The translations under genes and the position numbers were made by a program. From assembly GCA_051294905.1 (NCBI GenBank), contig CM119371.1, positions 17,176,001 to 17,240,000 on the forward strand: a stretch of DNA of 64,000 bases. Direction: 5' to 3'. Shown here piece after piece: positions 13,802-27,800 of this stretch; the first letter of the stretch is position 1; the number at the start of each line of letters is the position of its first letter. This DNA comes from Botryllus schlosseri (taxonomy: Eukaryota). The notes under the pieces are model-generated. The model was not told where the DNA came from. It saw only the letters and a program-made list of their open reading frames with translations, and did no database searches.

Positions 13802-14889
13802 GGCCCTAAGGTACTGCTGCACTCACAAAATTTTCAAATTGTGATATTTTATAAACAGTAAATCCTAGATTCCTAAAAAATGGTGTGTAAGCTATTCATA
13901 CTCAACTTCATACACAGTATAAATTTCAGCATTTCACAATGATTCCTTGGACCAAAATGGGAGGGGGGGATTGGTGAATCGGACGGTTAGCACGGGGAAA
14001 CGACTGTATCATTAATTGATGCAGAGAGATTCAAAGTAATGCTTTATAAAGTGTCCTGAGGCCTCTACGCACCTGCAGAAATACGTGAAACTTCCGATTT
14101 TTCGAAAATTTTCACGACATATTTGTTTTGTACTAGTACGGTGCCGAATTTTCGATTTTTTTCATAAAATTCAGATAATAAGTACCATACTAAGTACACT
14201 ATACCTCCTATAACAAAAGCAATAGTCTTAGCAGGTAGAACAGTCCTACTGCGTGTACTGAGCCAAGTTTGATTAGGATTGAAGGTATTCTGATATCGAA
14301 ATTTCCTGTTCCCGTGACACAATATTACCCAAAACTAGAAATTAGAAAAAATCAACTTTGAAAATTGAAAAATATTTTGGTGAAAAAGTAGATCAGGTAT
14401 TTGAAATCTGTTGCTTTTAAATGGTGCAGACATGCTATACTTTCTATCATAGTTTTATCTTTGTCCTTATGGTCAGTTAAACGATTAGCTAACAAAATAT
14501 ACCAATGCAATCTTGAAAATATACAATATGACAAACAACACTCATATTATTGAGAGCTTCCAGCTATTCCCCGGTGAGCGAACAGCTGCTGAGTGCTGGC
14601 CTGCTGTCACGCTTCATCGATTACGAATATGGCCCTTCTATTTATTGTATAACATCAGCACGGTAGAGTGATTATAGACAATTTTGAGTGAGTTTAGATG
14701 AATGAAATTGTATGGGGAGGCGGGGGTGACTTTCTACGAAATTGAGGGATTTCAATTCGTATTTAACATACTTCTAATTCGAAATCAGACAAGAGCAATA
14801 AATATTTGAAAATAACTAGTTTCATACTTTAGGATTATGCAATAAAAAAAATTTGGAAGATTTTGTGAGTCCAGCAGTACCTTAGGGCC
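13802..14889. mobile_element. Unclassified TIR DNA element
   Basis: About 40-bp inverted ends GGCCCTAAGGTACTGCTG(C/G)ACTCACAAAAT. Confidence 0.7.
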
Positions 14890-16164
14890 TTAGTGACGAA
14901 TGCCATTATAATTTTTAACCTGTTTTTCATACCAATATTGTTATAAATGTAATAAGAATCAAAGAGTCTTGATCATAACGATCTATATGCGGAGCTGGTA
15001 ATCGAAGTATTCAGAGCATTCCATAGGCGGATGTTCATTGAAAAATCACACCTACTCGAAACTGGTGCTATTAAAGCCTTTTCACAAATTTAAACACCCA
15101 CTATATCAGTGATTTGATTGATCTATCTTGTAGACGTCCAACTGCTTGAGTAACAGAATTGGTATGATGTTATTTCAACAGCGTTTTTAAACGTGAATCG
15201 ATTCGATTTAGATGCGATCAGTTCGACAAACGTCAACTCAACGGATTTACAGGTGAGCGCAGCTATTGGATTTTTACCAATTATTATTACTACCATTATT
15301 ATAGCATTATCTAAGTGGTAAAATGTTCAATATTACTTCAAGTTAAAATATACTACCACGAAAAACGTAGCGATTGTAAACGTAAAAATCTAGACATCAT
15401 ATCCTCCAGTATAGCTCCAAATTACCGACAGCCATAATACGCGTATCAATGCAGTTCGCAGTCGTAAAGATCAGTGGTCATTGATTGAATATGCCATGAC
15501 CAATTTATTATGCATTGTCGATGTCCAGGTTTTACGAACCTGGCGTTTGAATCGTAAAAAAGGTAATTGTTATTGACTACTACCACTACCAGAGTCCGTT
15601 ACCTATATATGGGGGTACTGTGGGACGATATTATAGGGTGGCGTTTAGAACAAACATTAAATGCCCGCAATGTTTTCACTCGACTCGTCGAACTTCGTTG
15701 CAAAGAAAAACAACAACATCAGCTTTTTTACATTCACGTCAATATTATCCGTAGCTGGTCATCCTGAACCACAAAAGCCGCGATCTTGCTGCGCATGTTG
15801 ATTTAGAGGCCTGCATGTCGCACGCCGAGATTGTCTCCTTTCAGTATTGGCCGAGCTTATGCACGTGCTTCGTTGGCAGTTTTTTTAAGCGTAGCGCCAA
15901 ATTGGATAGTGTGTCATGGTTTTTGCCTATGAATTGAAATTCATTCAAGTTCACAAACGTTTACTCCATTATCGATTCGCGAACGTATCGAACGAAATAC
16001 GTATTTTTGGTTACTGAGTCGTAAAATGTTAAGTGCAGGGCGTTGAATGAAGTTCTCAAATATTGATGCACCACCAGATTGTCAGGGGCACTAATTTGGA
16101 GTTTATTCGATTCGTTTGGAGGGGAACCTTCTCTACTCCACTATACTTGAGCGAGCGCTAAAAT

Positions 16165-16475
16165 ATCTAATTTGAAACCAGTTGGTATATTTGGTAAAAA
16201 GTGGATTTCTGCTAATAAGGTCGCGACATGCTACGCCTATTTTTGCAGTTTCTTCAGAACAAATTGCACCATTTCGAGATTGAATTTGCCTGTCTGGCTT
16301 GATAGTGACGAGCGCAAAAATATCGATTTTGAAGCCATTTGGTATAGCCTATTTGGTAAAAGGTGGATTCCTGCTAACAAGGTCGCGACATGCTAAGCTT
16401 ATTTCTCCAGTAACTTCTAAACAAATTGCACTATTTCGAGATTAACTTTGCCTGTCTGGCTTAATATTGACGAGC
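16165..16475. repeat. Two-copy tandem repeat of about 160 bp
   Basis: ATTTGGTAAAA.GTGGATT.CTGCTAA.AAGGTCGCGACATGCTA...TTTGCCTGTCTGGCTT occurs twice. Confidence 0.8.
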
Positions 16476-17549
16476 TAATAATGGTATTAAACATCACGTC
16501 ACTGCTTCAATGCTGTATCATGTTTACAATGTCACATGTAATAGCCCTGAGTAAATTACGTCCTCATGCGGGTATGACGTCATCGACATACGGCACGAAG
16601 TAATTATCACGTCACAGGACTTTACATATCCCCACAAAATGATGGTGCTTCGCCACGGCTACAACCTAACCGTAGTTTCCGGATCCGGAGTACCAATGAG
16701 CTCCGGAGCTTGGAGCTTTTCATCATAGGAGAAAGCTCCGGAACCGTAGCTGGAGCAGTTTACAATTTGCGACTGCTCTAAGGCCCTGCAGGCAAGTATA
16801 TCGCGAGGCCCGTATTTTCATATAACAATCGATATAATTCGGTCGAACTGCCCATTCCATTTTCTGACCTCTTGTTGATATTTTTTCTTTATTTATATCA
16901 TCAAACCTTCAATCCTCAGCAAAATCATCAATTATTCCACTACTTGTGTCATCTGCGAATTTCCTCTTTCAATACAACAGCATATCAAAGGCCGGGGCAG
17001 GTATTGGGGTGATTACGTCATCAATGTACGCATACTTCTGATGATGCGAATACAATTACGATGAATGGAAAATTATTAAGATTACTCACGTTTACATTAT
17101 CTTTTGGCGACGCAAATGTTGAGTAAGAAATTGCGAAGTAACGTTTGGTGTGTGCTCGTTTTTTGTTATGTTTATGGTTGTATGAAAATAAGACATTGGT
17201 TCTTAACCGGGAGTCCGAGAGCGGCTCTCAATTAGATTTCCTTTGGCCCCCATTGACGTTTGAAAAGCCCACAAAAATATTAAAAAAGCAATTTGTAACA
17301 CAAGAATTAAATTAATGTTCAATAAATTACCCTTGCTTTGCTTGGAGTCTGGAGTTTATAATTAAGATTGGAGATCAATTCCTCTGCTCTCGAGTAGCGA
17401 TTCTCTACTCAGCTAGGAATCGTTGTCAATGATTCCGTTACTCAACCGACACAAAAAACCTTACTCACACTCAAATCCACTCGGATCGGTACTCAGCTCA
17501 CAAACCAGATTTAGGTGCAGGTGGTGTTACGTAACAGCACACTTCCAAC

Positions 17550-18042
17550 GGTGTTTGACCATCAAACCAATCGATCATTTGATGCATACAACAGGTTTAT
17601 CAGCAAGTTTATTGATGAGTTCAACCGCCGCATTGACGGAATGAATGCTTTCTTGCCCATGATGAAAATGCTTTCAAATTCTATAGCATATAAGGTGGCC
17701 ATAGCCCCTAGTAATTTGAAACTTGAGTTGCTAGAAATGCAGTCAGATATCGAGCTCAAGCAATTAATAAAAGTGAATACTTAAATTGAATATTTGCGTC
17801 AAATTCCAGAGGCAAAGCATCCGAACTTAATAGCCAATGCCTTGATAAACGATTCTCTATCGTGATGGACTTATGTTTGCGAACCACTTTTTAGCAAAAT
17901 GGTCAGAATAAAAAATCTATATCGCAATCGATTGACCGATTAATACCACCTCAAGCAGCTACTGCGTACCGCATTCTTTGCAATTACGACTCGCTTTGAC
18001 ACACTTATTGAAGCTCGAAGCCAATGCCAAGTTGGATATTAA
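17550..18042 (+). pseudogene. hAT transposase C-terminal relic (GTF2IRD2/EPM2AIP1-like)
   Basis: One frame with stops: APSNLKLELLEMQSDIELK...HPNLIANAL...TYVCEPLFSKMVRIKNLYRNRLTD*YHLKQLLR, a hAT dimerisation domain pattern. Confidence 0.85.
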
Positions 18043-18475
18043 ATTGATTTTTTCTTGTTAGTGTTGCTATTCGTTGATACGCGCTTTTAAGCTTCATAAT
18101 TTCTGTTATGCCTAATGAGTGTTGCTGGTGCGACTCCAAACGTAAGTAGTAGTGTAGATCGCTCGTGACCTGCAATGGTGGCTTATGGGTGCGGTCGCAC
18201 ATCGTATGGAAAACTCGTGGTGGCACATCGTACTTTTTGACCCGCCCTCTCGGTTGCACATCGTAATGCATTCTTATGGGTGCGCTCGAACATCGTACTT
18301 TTAGGCATAGGCGCCGACTTACGAGGTTACGAGGTGGCGCAGCCACCTCGACACCATATTTACGAGGTGGCGGCCACCTCGTAAACGCCCGAGTTATTTA
18401 TGACCCGTAATTTGTAATCAGACGAATCGATGCGACCTCCTTAGAGACATCTTCGTTATTTATACGCGCGTGCAC

Positions 18476-19753
18476 CATGCGCGTAGCCAGGGGGTTCGAA
18501 TCCCCCTGTTTGAAACGCGAAACCCCGTCATTTTGAAATGACCATTTTAACTCCAATATTCAGTAATTCAGTAATTGTGTTATCATTGTTCCGTGCGGCC
18601 AATTTGCGGGAGGCAAGTTTCCAATCAGCGCGAAGAGTCTGTGATGATATCCCGTTGAGATGGTCGCGAAATTAGGCCAGTCATTGCCGTGTGCGTAGCA
18701 ATCGTCGCCAGCCTGATTTATCGCATCTCGAACAAGCCTGATTCCGCTGGTTTGAACAATCGCATCTGGAATAGGCCCAGTTCAAACTATATCATCGTTT
18801 GTTTGCGCAATCGCCTCTGCTTTGGCGGCTTCTGTCTGGTGTGCACGATATCATTGTGTTGATGACTATACGGCATACTCGTATGATAAGCTTGTCAACG
18901 AGTCCGGAAGTGCTGTTAATTAGCGACTCCCTGATCGGTCGTGAACAATTAAATACGCGCGCTTATCAATGAGTCCTACCTCTTATTTAGCGTTGGTGAC
19001 GATTTGCGCAAGTCAAAATGTACGAGTTTATTTGGAATATGCGCTACAATGACGCCGATTTCAGGTGGTTCAAACCTTTCCTCTTTTATAACTGAAGTCT
19101 TATCACAGCTTCTGATGGTTATGTTCAAGTATTAGCGGAAATCAATTACGGATGTACGCACGCGTCGCACATGTTTGCGGACATTCGATGTCATTCAGTT
19201 TCGCGAAGTCACTCTTTAACCACAATCGCTAATCCGCATACACTTAACTGCATTTTATCCAAGCTATCGCCATCGGGAAGTAGGAGCAAAAGCGTGGTAG
19301 GCCCGAGACGCGGTAGTTAGGCTAGCGATATCTTCCGTACTAGGTCTATTGCAGATGCGATTGTTTAGGCCAGCGATGATCTCGTGCGCACCGGGCCTAT
19401 TGCAGATGCGATTATTCAAGCCAGCGGAATTAGGCTTGTAGGTGACGCGATAAATCAGGCTACCAACAATTGCCGAGCGCGGGGCAATGAATGAACTAAT
19501 TTCGCAATTATCTGAGCGAGAAGCCGGGAGATCGTTTCGCGTTACATTGTGCAGTGCAATGCGTACTGACGAATCTCGCTTATTGCCTTTCGTTATTGGC
19601 CGTGCGTAACACTGATAATACGACTGAATTGCAACCGAGTATTACCGTCAGAGCGCTCATTTGAAAAGGGCGGGGTTTCGCCTTTAAGGAGGGGGTATCG
19701 CGCTTCCAAAGGATGGGCTTTCGACCCCCGAAACCCCCTGGCTTCGCGTCTGG
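18476..19753. mobile_element. Nested fold-back MITE-like element
   Basis: CATGCGCGTAGCCAGGGGG / CCCCCTGGCTTCGCGTCTG ends. Internal inverted homology between about 18665-18790 and 19390-19505. Confidence 0.6.
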
Positions 19754-20114
19754 ATGTACTCCAAAAATGCTTCGCGAAGGTAAATCGGGAAATGCACAAC
19801 TGCCGCCAAAATCCCTGTTTTAATCTGCAAACAATTGCCGCGATGCGAGCTTCTCAATGCGAAGCCAGAAACCGCACGAGACAATTGCTGATTAGCTGCG
19901 CGATTTCACGTTTGTAATCATCATTATTGTCGGTTTGAAACCTCATATTCGAGAGTTGTCGTGTGGTAGTTGCGAAGTTGCCATTCCAGTGCGTGGTGTA
20001 TTTCGTTACTCACACGGCGCGTTGATAACATTGATGCAACTTCAAATTCTTCATGACGTAAATTCTGATTTTTGTTCAATGCATTCCGCCTGATGGAATG
20101 CATCGTATACATCG

Positions 20115-20541
20115 CAGAGATGAGCGGATTTGAAATTTCTATGTCCTAATCCAATCCAAATCCGAACCTTCAAATCCAAATCCAAATCCTAATCCATAAC
20201 TTTTTCATATTCAAGTCCATGTCCAATCCTAATCCGATTCCAACTGGAAATTCAGAAAAAATACTAATTTATGCAATGGAGGGATTCGAAAATTTTCTTT
20301 CACAACCAACGATTCACTTGATTCAAGATAACTTAGTAACCATAAGTACATTAATAACTGATCTGAATAAAGTTTGTCGCCATTCGCCACACGACATTTC
20401 AATCTCCCAGAAAATAGTTCAATCCAATCCAAATCCTAATCCGTTCCGGAAAAAATGTCTAATCCAAATCCAATCCAAATCCGACAGAATTTCACAAATC
20501 CTGTTTTTTCAAAACCTAATCCTAATCCATGCTCATCTCTG
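20115..20541. mobile_element. hAT MITE with AATCC repeats
   Basis: TIRs CAGAGATGAGC / GCTCATCTCTG. Perfect TSD ATACATCG. Confidence 0.9.
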
Positions 20542-20944
20542 ATACATCGTCGGACGAATGATCGTACCGTTTTAAGATTCCACTTAGTAACTTGACTGCA
20601 TGGTTTGATAATAATGAGTGCAGAGTCGATATTAAAACGTAACGTAAAACGCAAATGGTTAACGCTGATCAATCAATCAATCAGTGATTGGCATGTAGGA
20701 AAGTGCGTTTTAGTGTGACGATGACGTCATCGACACGGAACAATTATGACGTCACAAGACTTCGCCACCTCGTAAAAAAATAAAAGTCGGCGCCTATGCT
20801 TTCAGGTATAGGCATCTCTCGCATATCGTATTGAAAACTCGTGTTGGCACATCGTACTTTTAGGTATAGGCATCTCTCGCACGTCGTACTTTCGCAAGTC
20901 ATACTTTTGTGTATAGACTGCGTCGGCATGTCGTACTTTCAGCA

Positions 20945-21810
20945 AAAAAGGTGTGAAATAGTTTGCTAAATCTAGGAATCAGTCGCATGGTAAGGTTTTA
21001 GTAACTAGTTTACCACAGAGCCGGCGTAGACGGCGATTCAAATACCAACAATAGCCGCGTTCACATACTAACACTTCGAAAAGGTGTGAACTATTTGTAA
21101 AATCCTACGATCGCTCACAGAATCACTTACAAGGTCACTTACAAGGTAATATTTCGCTCACAGAATCACTTACAAGGTCACTTACAAGGTAATATTTTGG
21201 TAATTAGTTTACCACAGAGCCGACGTAGACGGCGATTCGAATGCCAACAATCGCCGCGTTCACATGCTATCAGTTCAAAAAGGTGTGAAATAGTTTGCTG
21301 ATTCTAGGAATCACTCGCAAGGTAATATTTTGGTAATTAGTTTACCACAGAGCCGGCGTAGACGGCGATTCGAATACCAACAATAGCCGCGTTCACATAG
21401 TAACACTCGAAAAAGGTGTGAAATATTTGTAAAATCTTACGACCACTCACAAGATAACACATCAGAATAGCCATCTCTTGTGGTTTGATGTTACAAAGAT
21501 AGGAATTACGCACAAGTAATATTTTGGTAATTAGTTTGCCACAGAGCCGGCGTAGACGGTGATACCAACAATAGCCGCGCTCACAAACTAACACTTCAAA
21601 AAGGTGTGGAATAGGTTGCAAATCCCACGATCACTCACGAGATAACACCTAAGACATAGCCATCCCTCGCTACTTGTTGTTACATACATTCCAATCGCCA
21701 CAATGTAATATTTTGATAATCGGTATGTCACAGGAACTGGATTTCACTGGTAAAATTTAATAAGTAACGAATAACAGAACCGTCGCAGACGGTGATTCGA
21801 ATACCGACAA
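20945..21810. repeat. Subterminal tandem array (units of about 120-190 bp) of palindrome 1, mirrored at about 26660-27480
   Basis: Recurring AAAAGGTGTGAAATA...TAATTAGTTTACCACAGAGCCGGCGTAGACGGCGATTCGAATACCAACAATAGCCGCGTTCACA. Confidence 0.85.
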
Positions 21811-24800
21811 ATTCTTACTTATTTCTGATCCAACCCTAATCCTCTGTGAAGTTGACGCTTATTCAAAAAGGTGTGAAATAATTGTAAAATCCTGCGTCGC
21901 TGACACGATAATGCATCAGACATAGCGATATAGTTATAGTACGGTGTCGGAATCCATTCGCGAGATGTTCTATAGGTAAATCGAGATAATCCGAAACCAA
22001 ATATTTTGACTTGGTGTAGTGTGAATTGAAATAGGATTTACAAACATGACTACCATCTTTCCCCCCAGTCGCATTTCGATATTATACGCACATTGATTTG
22101 AAACAAGTAACAACTCTATTCACGATCCGGCTTTCCGTTCGTCAAAGAGACATTTTAACATCTTACCATACTCAAAAGAATTATTCACAACATTAATAAG
22201 TGTTCAAAATCTAGTTTTCACTTACTTGATTATATCACAACAACTCGCAAACTTGAATTTATTCATCCCTGCTGTATTCGTATGATCGGTATTTTTTATT
22301 CAATTGTAAAGGTCGTTACTATTCTGAAGACAAAGTATTTACTAGTCGGTGCATATACGACTTGACATGAACATATTATATTTTGAGTATACGAGATTTG
22401 AATGTCTGAACAATAACTGAGAAATAATTTATCACAATTAAATCCGTATATTACAGCGTAAAAGATATTGGAATGTCACCAACTCTGTACAGTCATAGCT
22501 ACTACCACTTTACCTAATTCACCCGACCAACTCGTCATGATCATTCCTGAAATCAACACAAACATGACCACTGACTTGAGTTAACCACAAAACAGCATCA
22601 AGTTTTAAATCCACTTGTAGCTTACGGATTATTTGAATGCTGGTTATTTTTTTGTTGTAATTGAGTGTATGGAAATAGTATTAAGTCTCGACATCTTACC
22701 ATCTTACCATATTCAAAGAGTCAACCACAAAAACATTATCAAGTAAATCCGTTACCCGATCAACTCAAACTGTATCAGTATGAAAAACAGCCAAGCATAC
22801 ACGAGTCCATACAATCACTAAAACCTAAAATCCATAACAAGTTCGCTTGTACCCATATCCCTACGACGCATCATTTTTATTCAACTTGAAGTAGTTACTA
22901 TTCTGTAAGATAAAGGAATTACTACGCGGTATATTCTGCAAGACAAAGTATTTATTACTCGATATATTTTTGTAAGACAAAAGTAATTACTACTCGGTGC
23001 AGGTGACTTGAGATTAACATGATATGTTTGAGTATACGAGATTTGAAAGTCTGACCAACATAGTTCAGAATTCATTTCTTACAATCCAACGCAGGCGTTA
23101 TATCGAAAATTATCATGATGTAAACATAAGGATTGATACATTGCTGCGACATATGTAACAGTTGATCATGACTTGATTATTAAATCATTCGCGTTAATTA
23201 GACCCGGCGTTGTGGTAAAGGTTATTATGACAGCAGCAAACTTTTCAGCACCGTTGTTATTAATTTATTGAGTTGTAAAACTATGCGTGTCTGAAAGGTT
23301 CGTGATTGAAAAATTATTCCACCTTGGTACATATCACTCTGCGTATCGCGGATATCAGAAAATATTTTACAAATGTAATTGTTTCCAGTAACCAAGACTA
23401 AAGATGAAACGACAATATCGGTATTATTACATTGAACAACCAGTACAATTAATAAAATCTATCGTTTGCGATAAACAGCGCTAAAGATGTATTAATTCCA
23501 GTATCCATACATTGAACATCCGAGGCAAAATGCTTTATTATCCCGATTCGCAACGGGTAATTGAAACGACTAAGTGTAGAGTCAGTATATCACAATATCG
23601 TTACTATTGAATCCAGCAATTGATACGATTTATTGTCGGAATTTGTGACAGAAAATTGAAACATACGTACCTTACATAGTGTGAAAATATCACTTTGAGA
23701 ATCGAGTACCGTTCGAAGCTGGCGATCAATTCTTAATCATTTCAGTAACTCTCCATTGTGCGTGCTAAATGTAAAATATCGCGAGGTTATACACTCTAAG
23801 ACTTTGATCATTACAAAAGTAAATTGTGATATATTTGTTAGATGCATCCAATTCAACTAGAAATGTCTAGTGCCCAACACTCGTAATATCGAAAAAGTAC
23901 TTGCTACACTGTTATTTGCTAAACTTGTTTTGCATTGTTCTTCATTTGTAGTATTGATTGAAATTGTTCTTGAACCCTCAAATAATAATTGCCGACATGA
24001 AACCAAGCCGCTGAAAGTCGTTACCATCACGAAGAAACAATGTGTATGATGTTTGTCAAATGTGTTCTATAGTTAGGTGTACTAGAATTATTTGTGTAGC
24101 ACACCGACAAAGAATTCAGAAATTTTTCCGTTGTCATTCGCTAAAGTAAATACCATCACAATACTCAGTCGCTAAAAGACGTTACTTGTATGTGATTGTA
24201 TATTTCATATCCGTCGAGTGACTAAAATTTCTTTGGAGTCCGGTTTAGTGAGTTAATCGCTAGGGGTACAATCACATACAAGTAACGTCTTTTAGCGACT
24301 GAGTATTGTGATGGTATTTACTTTAGCGAATGACAACGGAAAAATTTCTGAATTCTTTGTCGGTGTGTTACACAAATAATTCTAGTACACCTAACTATAG
24401 AACACATTTGACAAACATCATACACATTGTTTCTTCGTGATGGTAACGACTTTCAGTGGCTTGGTTTCATGTCGGCAATTATTATTTTGGGGTTCAAGAA
24501 TAATTTCAATCAATACTACAAATGAACAACAATGCAAAACAAGTTTAGCAAATAACAGTGTAGCAAGTACTTTTTTGATGTTACGAGTGTTGGGCACTAG
24601 ACACTTCTAGTTGAATTGGATGCATCTAACATATATATCACAATTTACTTTTGTAATGATCAAAGTCTTAAAGTGTATAACCTCGCGATATTTTACATTT
24701 AGCACGCACAATGGAGAGTTACTGAAATGATTAAGAATTGATCGCCAGCTTCGAACGGTACTCGATTCTCAAAGTGATATTTTCACACTATGTAAGGTAC

Positions 24801-27800
24801 GTATGTTTCAATTCTCTGTCACAAATTCCGACAATAAATCGTATCAATTGCTGGATTCAATAGTAACGATATTGTGATATACTGACTCTACACTTAGTCG
24901 TTTCAATTACCCGTTGCGAAACGGGATAATAAAGCATTTTGCCTCGGATGTTCAATGTATGGATATACTGGAATTATTACATCTTTAGCGCTGTTTATCG
25001 CAAACGATAGATTTTATTAATTGTACTGGTTGTTCAATGTAATAATACCGATATTGTCGTTTCATCTTTAGTCTTGGTTACTGGAAACAATTACATTTGT
25101 AAAATATTTTCTGATATCCGCGATACGCAGAGTGATATGTATTAAGGTGGAATAATTTTTCAATCACGAACCTTTCAGACACGCATAGTTTTACAACTCA
25201 ATATGTTAATAACAACGGTACTGAAAAGTTTGCTGCTGTCATAATAACCTTTACCACAACGCCGGGTCTAATTAACGCGAATGATTTAATAATCAAGTCA
25301 TGATCAACTGTTACATATGTCGCAGCAATGTATCAATCCTTATGTTTACATCATGATAATTTTCGATATAACGCCTGCGTTGGATTGTAAGAAATGAATT
25401 CTGAACTATGTTGGTCAGACTTTCAAATCTCGTATACTCAAACATATCATGTTAATCTCAAGTCACCTGCACCGAGTAGTAATTACTTTTGTCTTACAAA
25501 AATATATCGAGTAATAAATACTTTGTCTTGCAGAATATACCGCGTAGTAATTCCTTTATCTTACAGAATAGTAACTACTTCAAGTTGAATAAAAATGATG
25601 CGTCGTAGGGATATGAGTACAAGCGAACTTGTTATGGATTTTAGGTTTTAGTGATTGTATGGACTCGTGTATGCTTGGCTGTTTTTCATACTGATACAGT
25701 TTGAGTTGGTCGGGTAACGGATTTACTTGATAATGTTTTTGTGGTTGACTCTTCGAATATGGTAAGATGGTAAGATGTCGAGACTTAATACTATTTCCAT
25801 ACACTCAATTACAACAAAACATAACCAGCATTCAAATAATCCGTAAGCGACAAGTGGATTTAAAACTTGATGCTGTTTTGTGGTTAACTCAAGTCAGTGG
25901 TCATGTTTGTGTTGATTTCAGGAATGATCATGACGAGTTGGTCGGGTGAATTAGGTAAAGTGGTAGTAGCTATGACTGTACAGAGTTGGTGATATTCCAA
26001 TATCTTTTACGCTGTAATATACGGATTCAATTGTGATAAATTATTTCTCAGTTATTGTTCAGACATTCAAATCTCGTATACTCAAAATATAATATGTTCA
26101 TGTCAAGTCGTATATGCACCGACTAGTAAATACTTTGTCTTCAGAATAGTAACGACCTTTACAATTGAATAAAAAATACCGATCATACGAATACAGCAAG
26201 GATGAATAAATTCAAGTTTGCGAGTTGTTGTGATATAATCAAGTAAGTGAAAACTAGATTTTGAACACTTAATAATGTTGTGAATAATTCTTTTGAGTAT
26301 GGTAAGATGTTAAAATGTCTCTTTGACGAACGGAAAGCCGGATCGTGAATAGAGTTGTTACTTGTTTCAAATCAATGTGCGTATAATATCGAAATGCGAC
26401 TGGGGGGAAAGATGGTAGTCATGTTTGTATATCCTATTTCAATTCACACTACACCAAGTCAAAATATTTGGTTTCGGATTATCTCGATTTACCTATAGAA
26501 CATCTCGCGAATGGATTCCGACACCGTACTATAACTATATCGCTATGTCTGATGCATTATCGTGTCAGCGACGCAGGATTTTACAATTATTTCACACCTT
26601 TTTGAATAAGCGTCAACTTCACAGAGGATTAGGGTTGGATCAGAAATAAGTAAGAATTTGTCGGTATTCGAATCACCGTCTGCGACGGTTCTGTTATTCG
26701 TTACTTATTAAATTTTACCAGTGAAATCCAGTTCCTGTGACATACCGATTATCAAAATATTACATTGTGGCGATTGGAATGTATGTAACAACAAGTTGCG
26801 AGGGATGGCTATGTCTTAGGTGTTATCTCGTGAGTGATCGTGGGATTTGCAACCTATTCCACACCTTTTTGAAGTGTTAGTTTGTGAGCGCGGCTATTGT
26901 TGGTATCACCGTCTACGCCGGCTCTGTGGCAAACTAATTACCAAAATATTACTTGTGCGTAATTCCTATCTTTGTAACATCAAACCACAAGAGATGGCTA
27001 TTCTGATGTGTTATCTTGTGAGTGGTCGTAGGATTTTACAAATATTTCACACCTTTTTGGAGTGTTACTATGTGAACGCGGCTATTGTTGGTATTCGAAT
27101 CGCCGTCTACGCCGGCTCTGTGGTAAACTAATTACCAAAATATTACCTTGCGAGTGATTCCTAGAATCAGCAAACTATTTCACACCTTTTTGAAGTGATA
27201 GCATGTGAACGCGGCTATTGTTGGTATTCGAATCGCCGTCTACGTCGGCTCTGTGGTAAACCAATTACCAAAATATTACCTTGTAAGTGATTCAATAAAT
27301 TCTGTGAGCGATCGTAGGATTTTACAAATAGTTCACACCTTTTCGAAGTGTTAGTATGTGAACGCGGCTATTGTTGGTATTTGAATCGCCGTCTACGCCG
27401 GCTCTGTGGTAAACTAAATACCAAAGCCTTACCATGCGACTGATTCCTAAATTTAGCAAACTATTTCACACCTTTTTTGCTGAAAGTACGACATGCCGAC
27501 GCAGTCTATACACAAAAGTATGACATGCGAAAGTACGACGTGCGAGAGATGCCTATACCTAAAAGTACGATGTGCCAACACGAGTTTTCAATACGATATG
27601 CGAGAGATGCCTATACCTAAAAGTACGATGTGCGAGCGCACCCATAAGAACGCATTACGATGTGCGACCGAGAGGGGGGTCAAAAAGTACGATGTGCCAC
27701 CACGAGTTTTCCATACGAGGTGCGACCGCACCCATAAGCCACCATTGCAGGTCACGAGCGATCTATACTACTACTAACGTACTCTGAAATTTGAAATGCG

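Larger units (their letters stand above)
18306..20798. mobile_element. hAT element inserted in the left arm only of palindrome 1
   Basis: TIRs CATAGGCGCCGACTT / AAGTCGGCGCCTATG. TSD CTTTTAGG/CTTTCAGG. Absent from the right arm. Confidence 0.88.
18145..27775. mobile_element. Giant palindromic non-autonomous Polinton/Maverick-like element 1
   Basis: Termini AGTAGTAGT(G/A)TAGATCGCTCGTGA...ACTACTACT. Perfect 6-bp TSD AACGTA (18139-18144, 27776-27781). Arms 18145-24200 and 24267-27775 with a 66-bp spacer. Mirrored ORF pairs appear in the track. Confidence 0.85.

Noticed and set aside
14990..15258. Possible small host exons (CAG...GTGAG)
   Set aside because: No recognisable protein or consistent multi-exon frame.
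20945..21810. CRISPR-like repeat/spacer appearance
   Set aside because: The intervening sequences are themselves repeated, the context is eukaryotic, and no cas genes are present. This is a tandem subterminal array.
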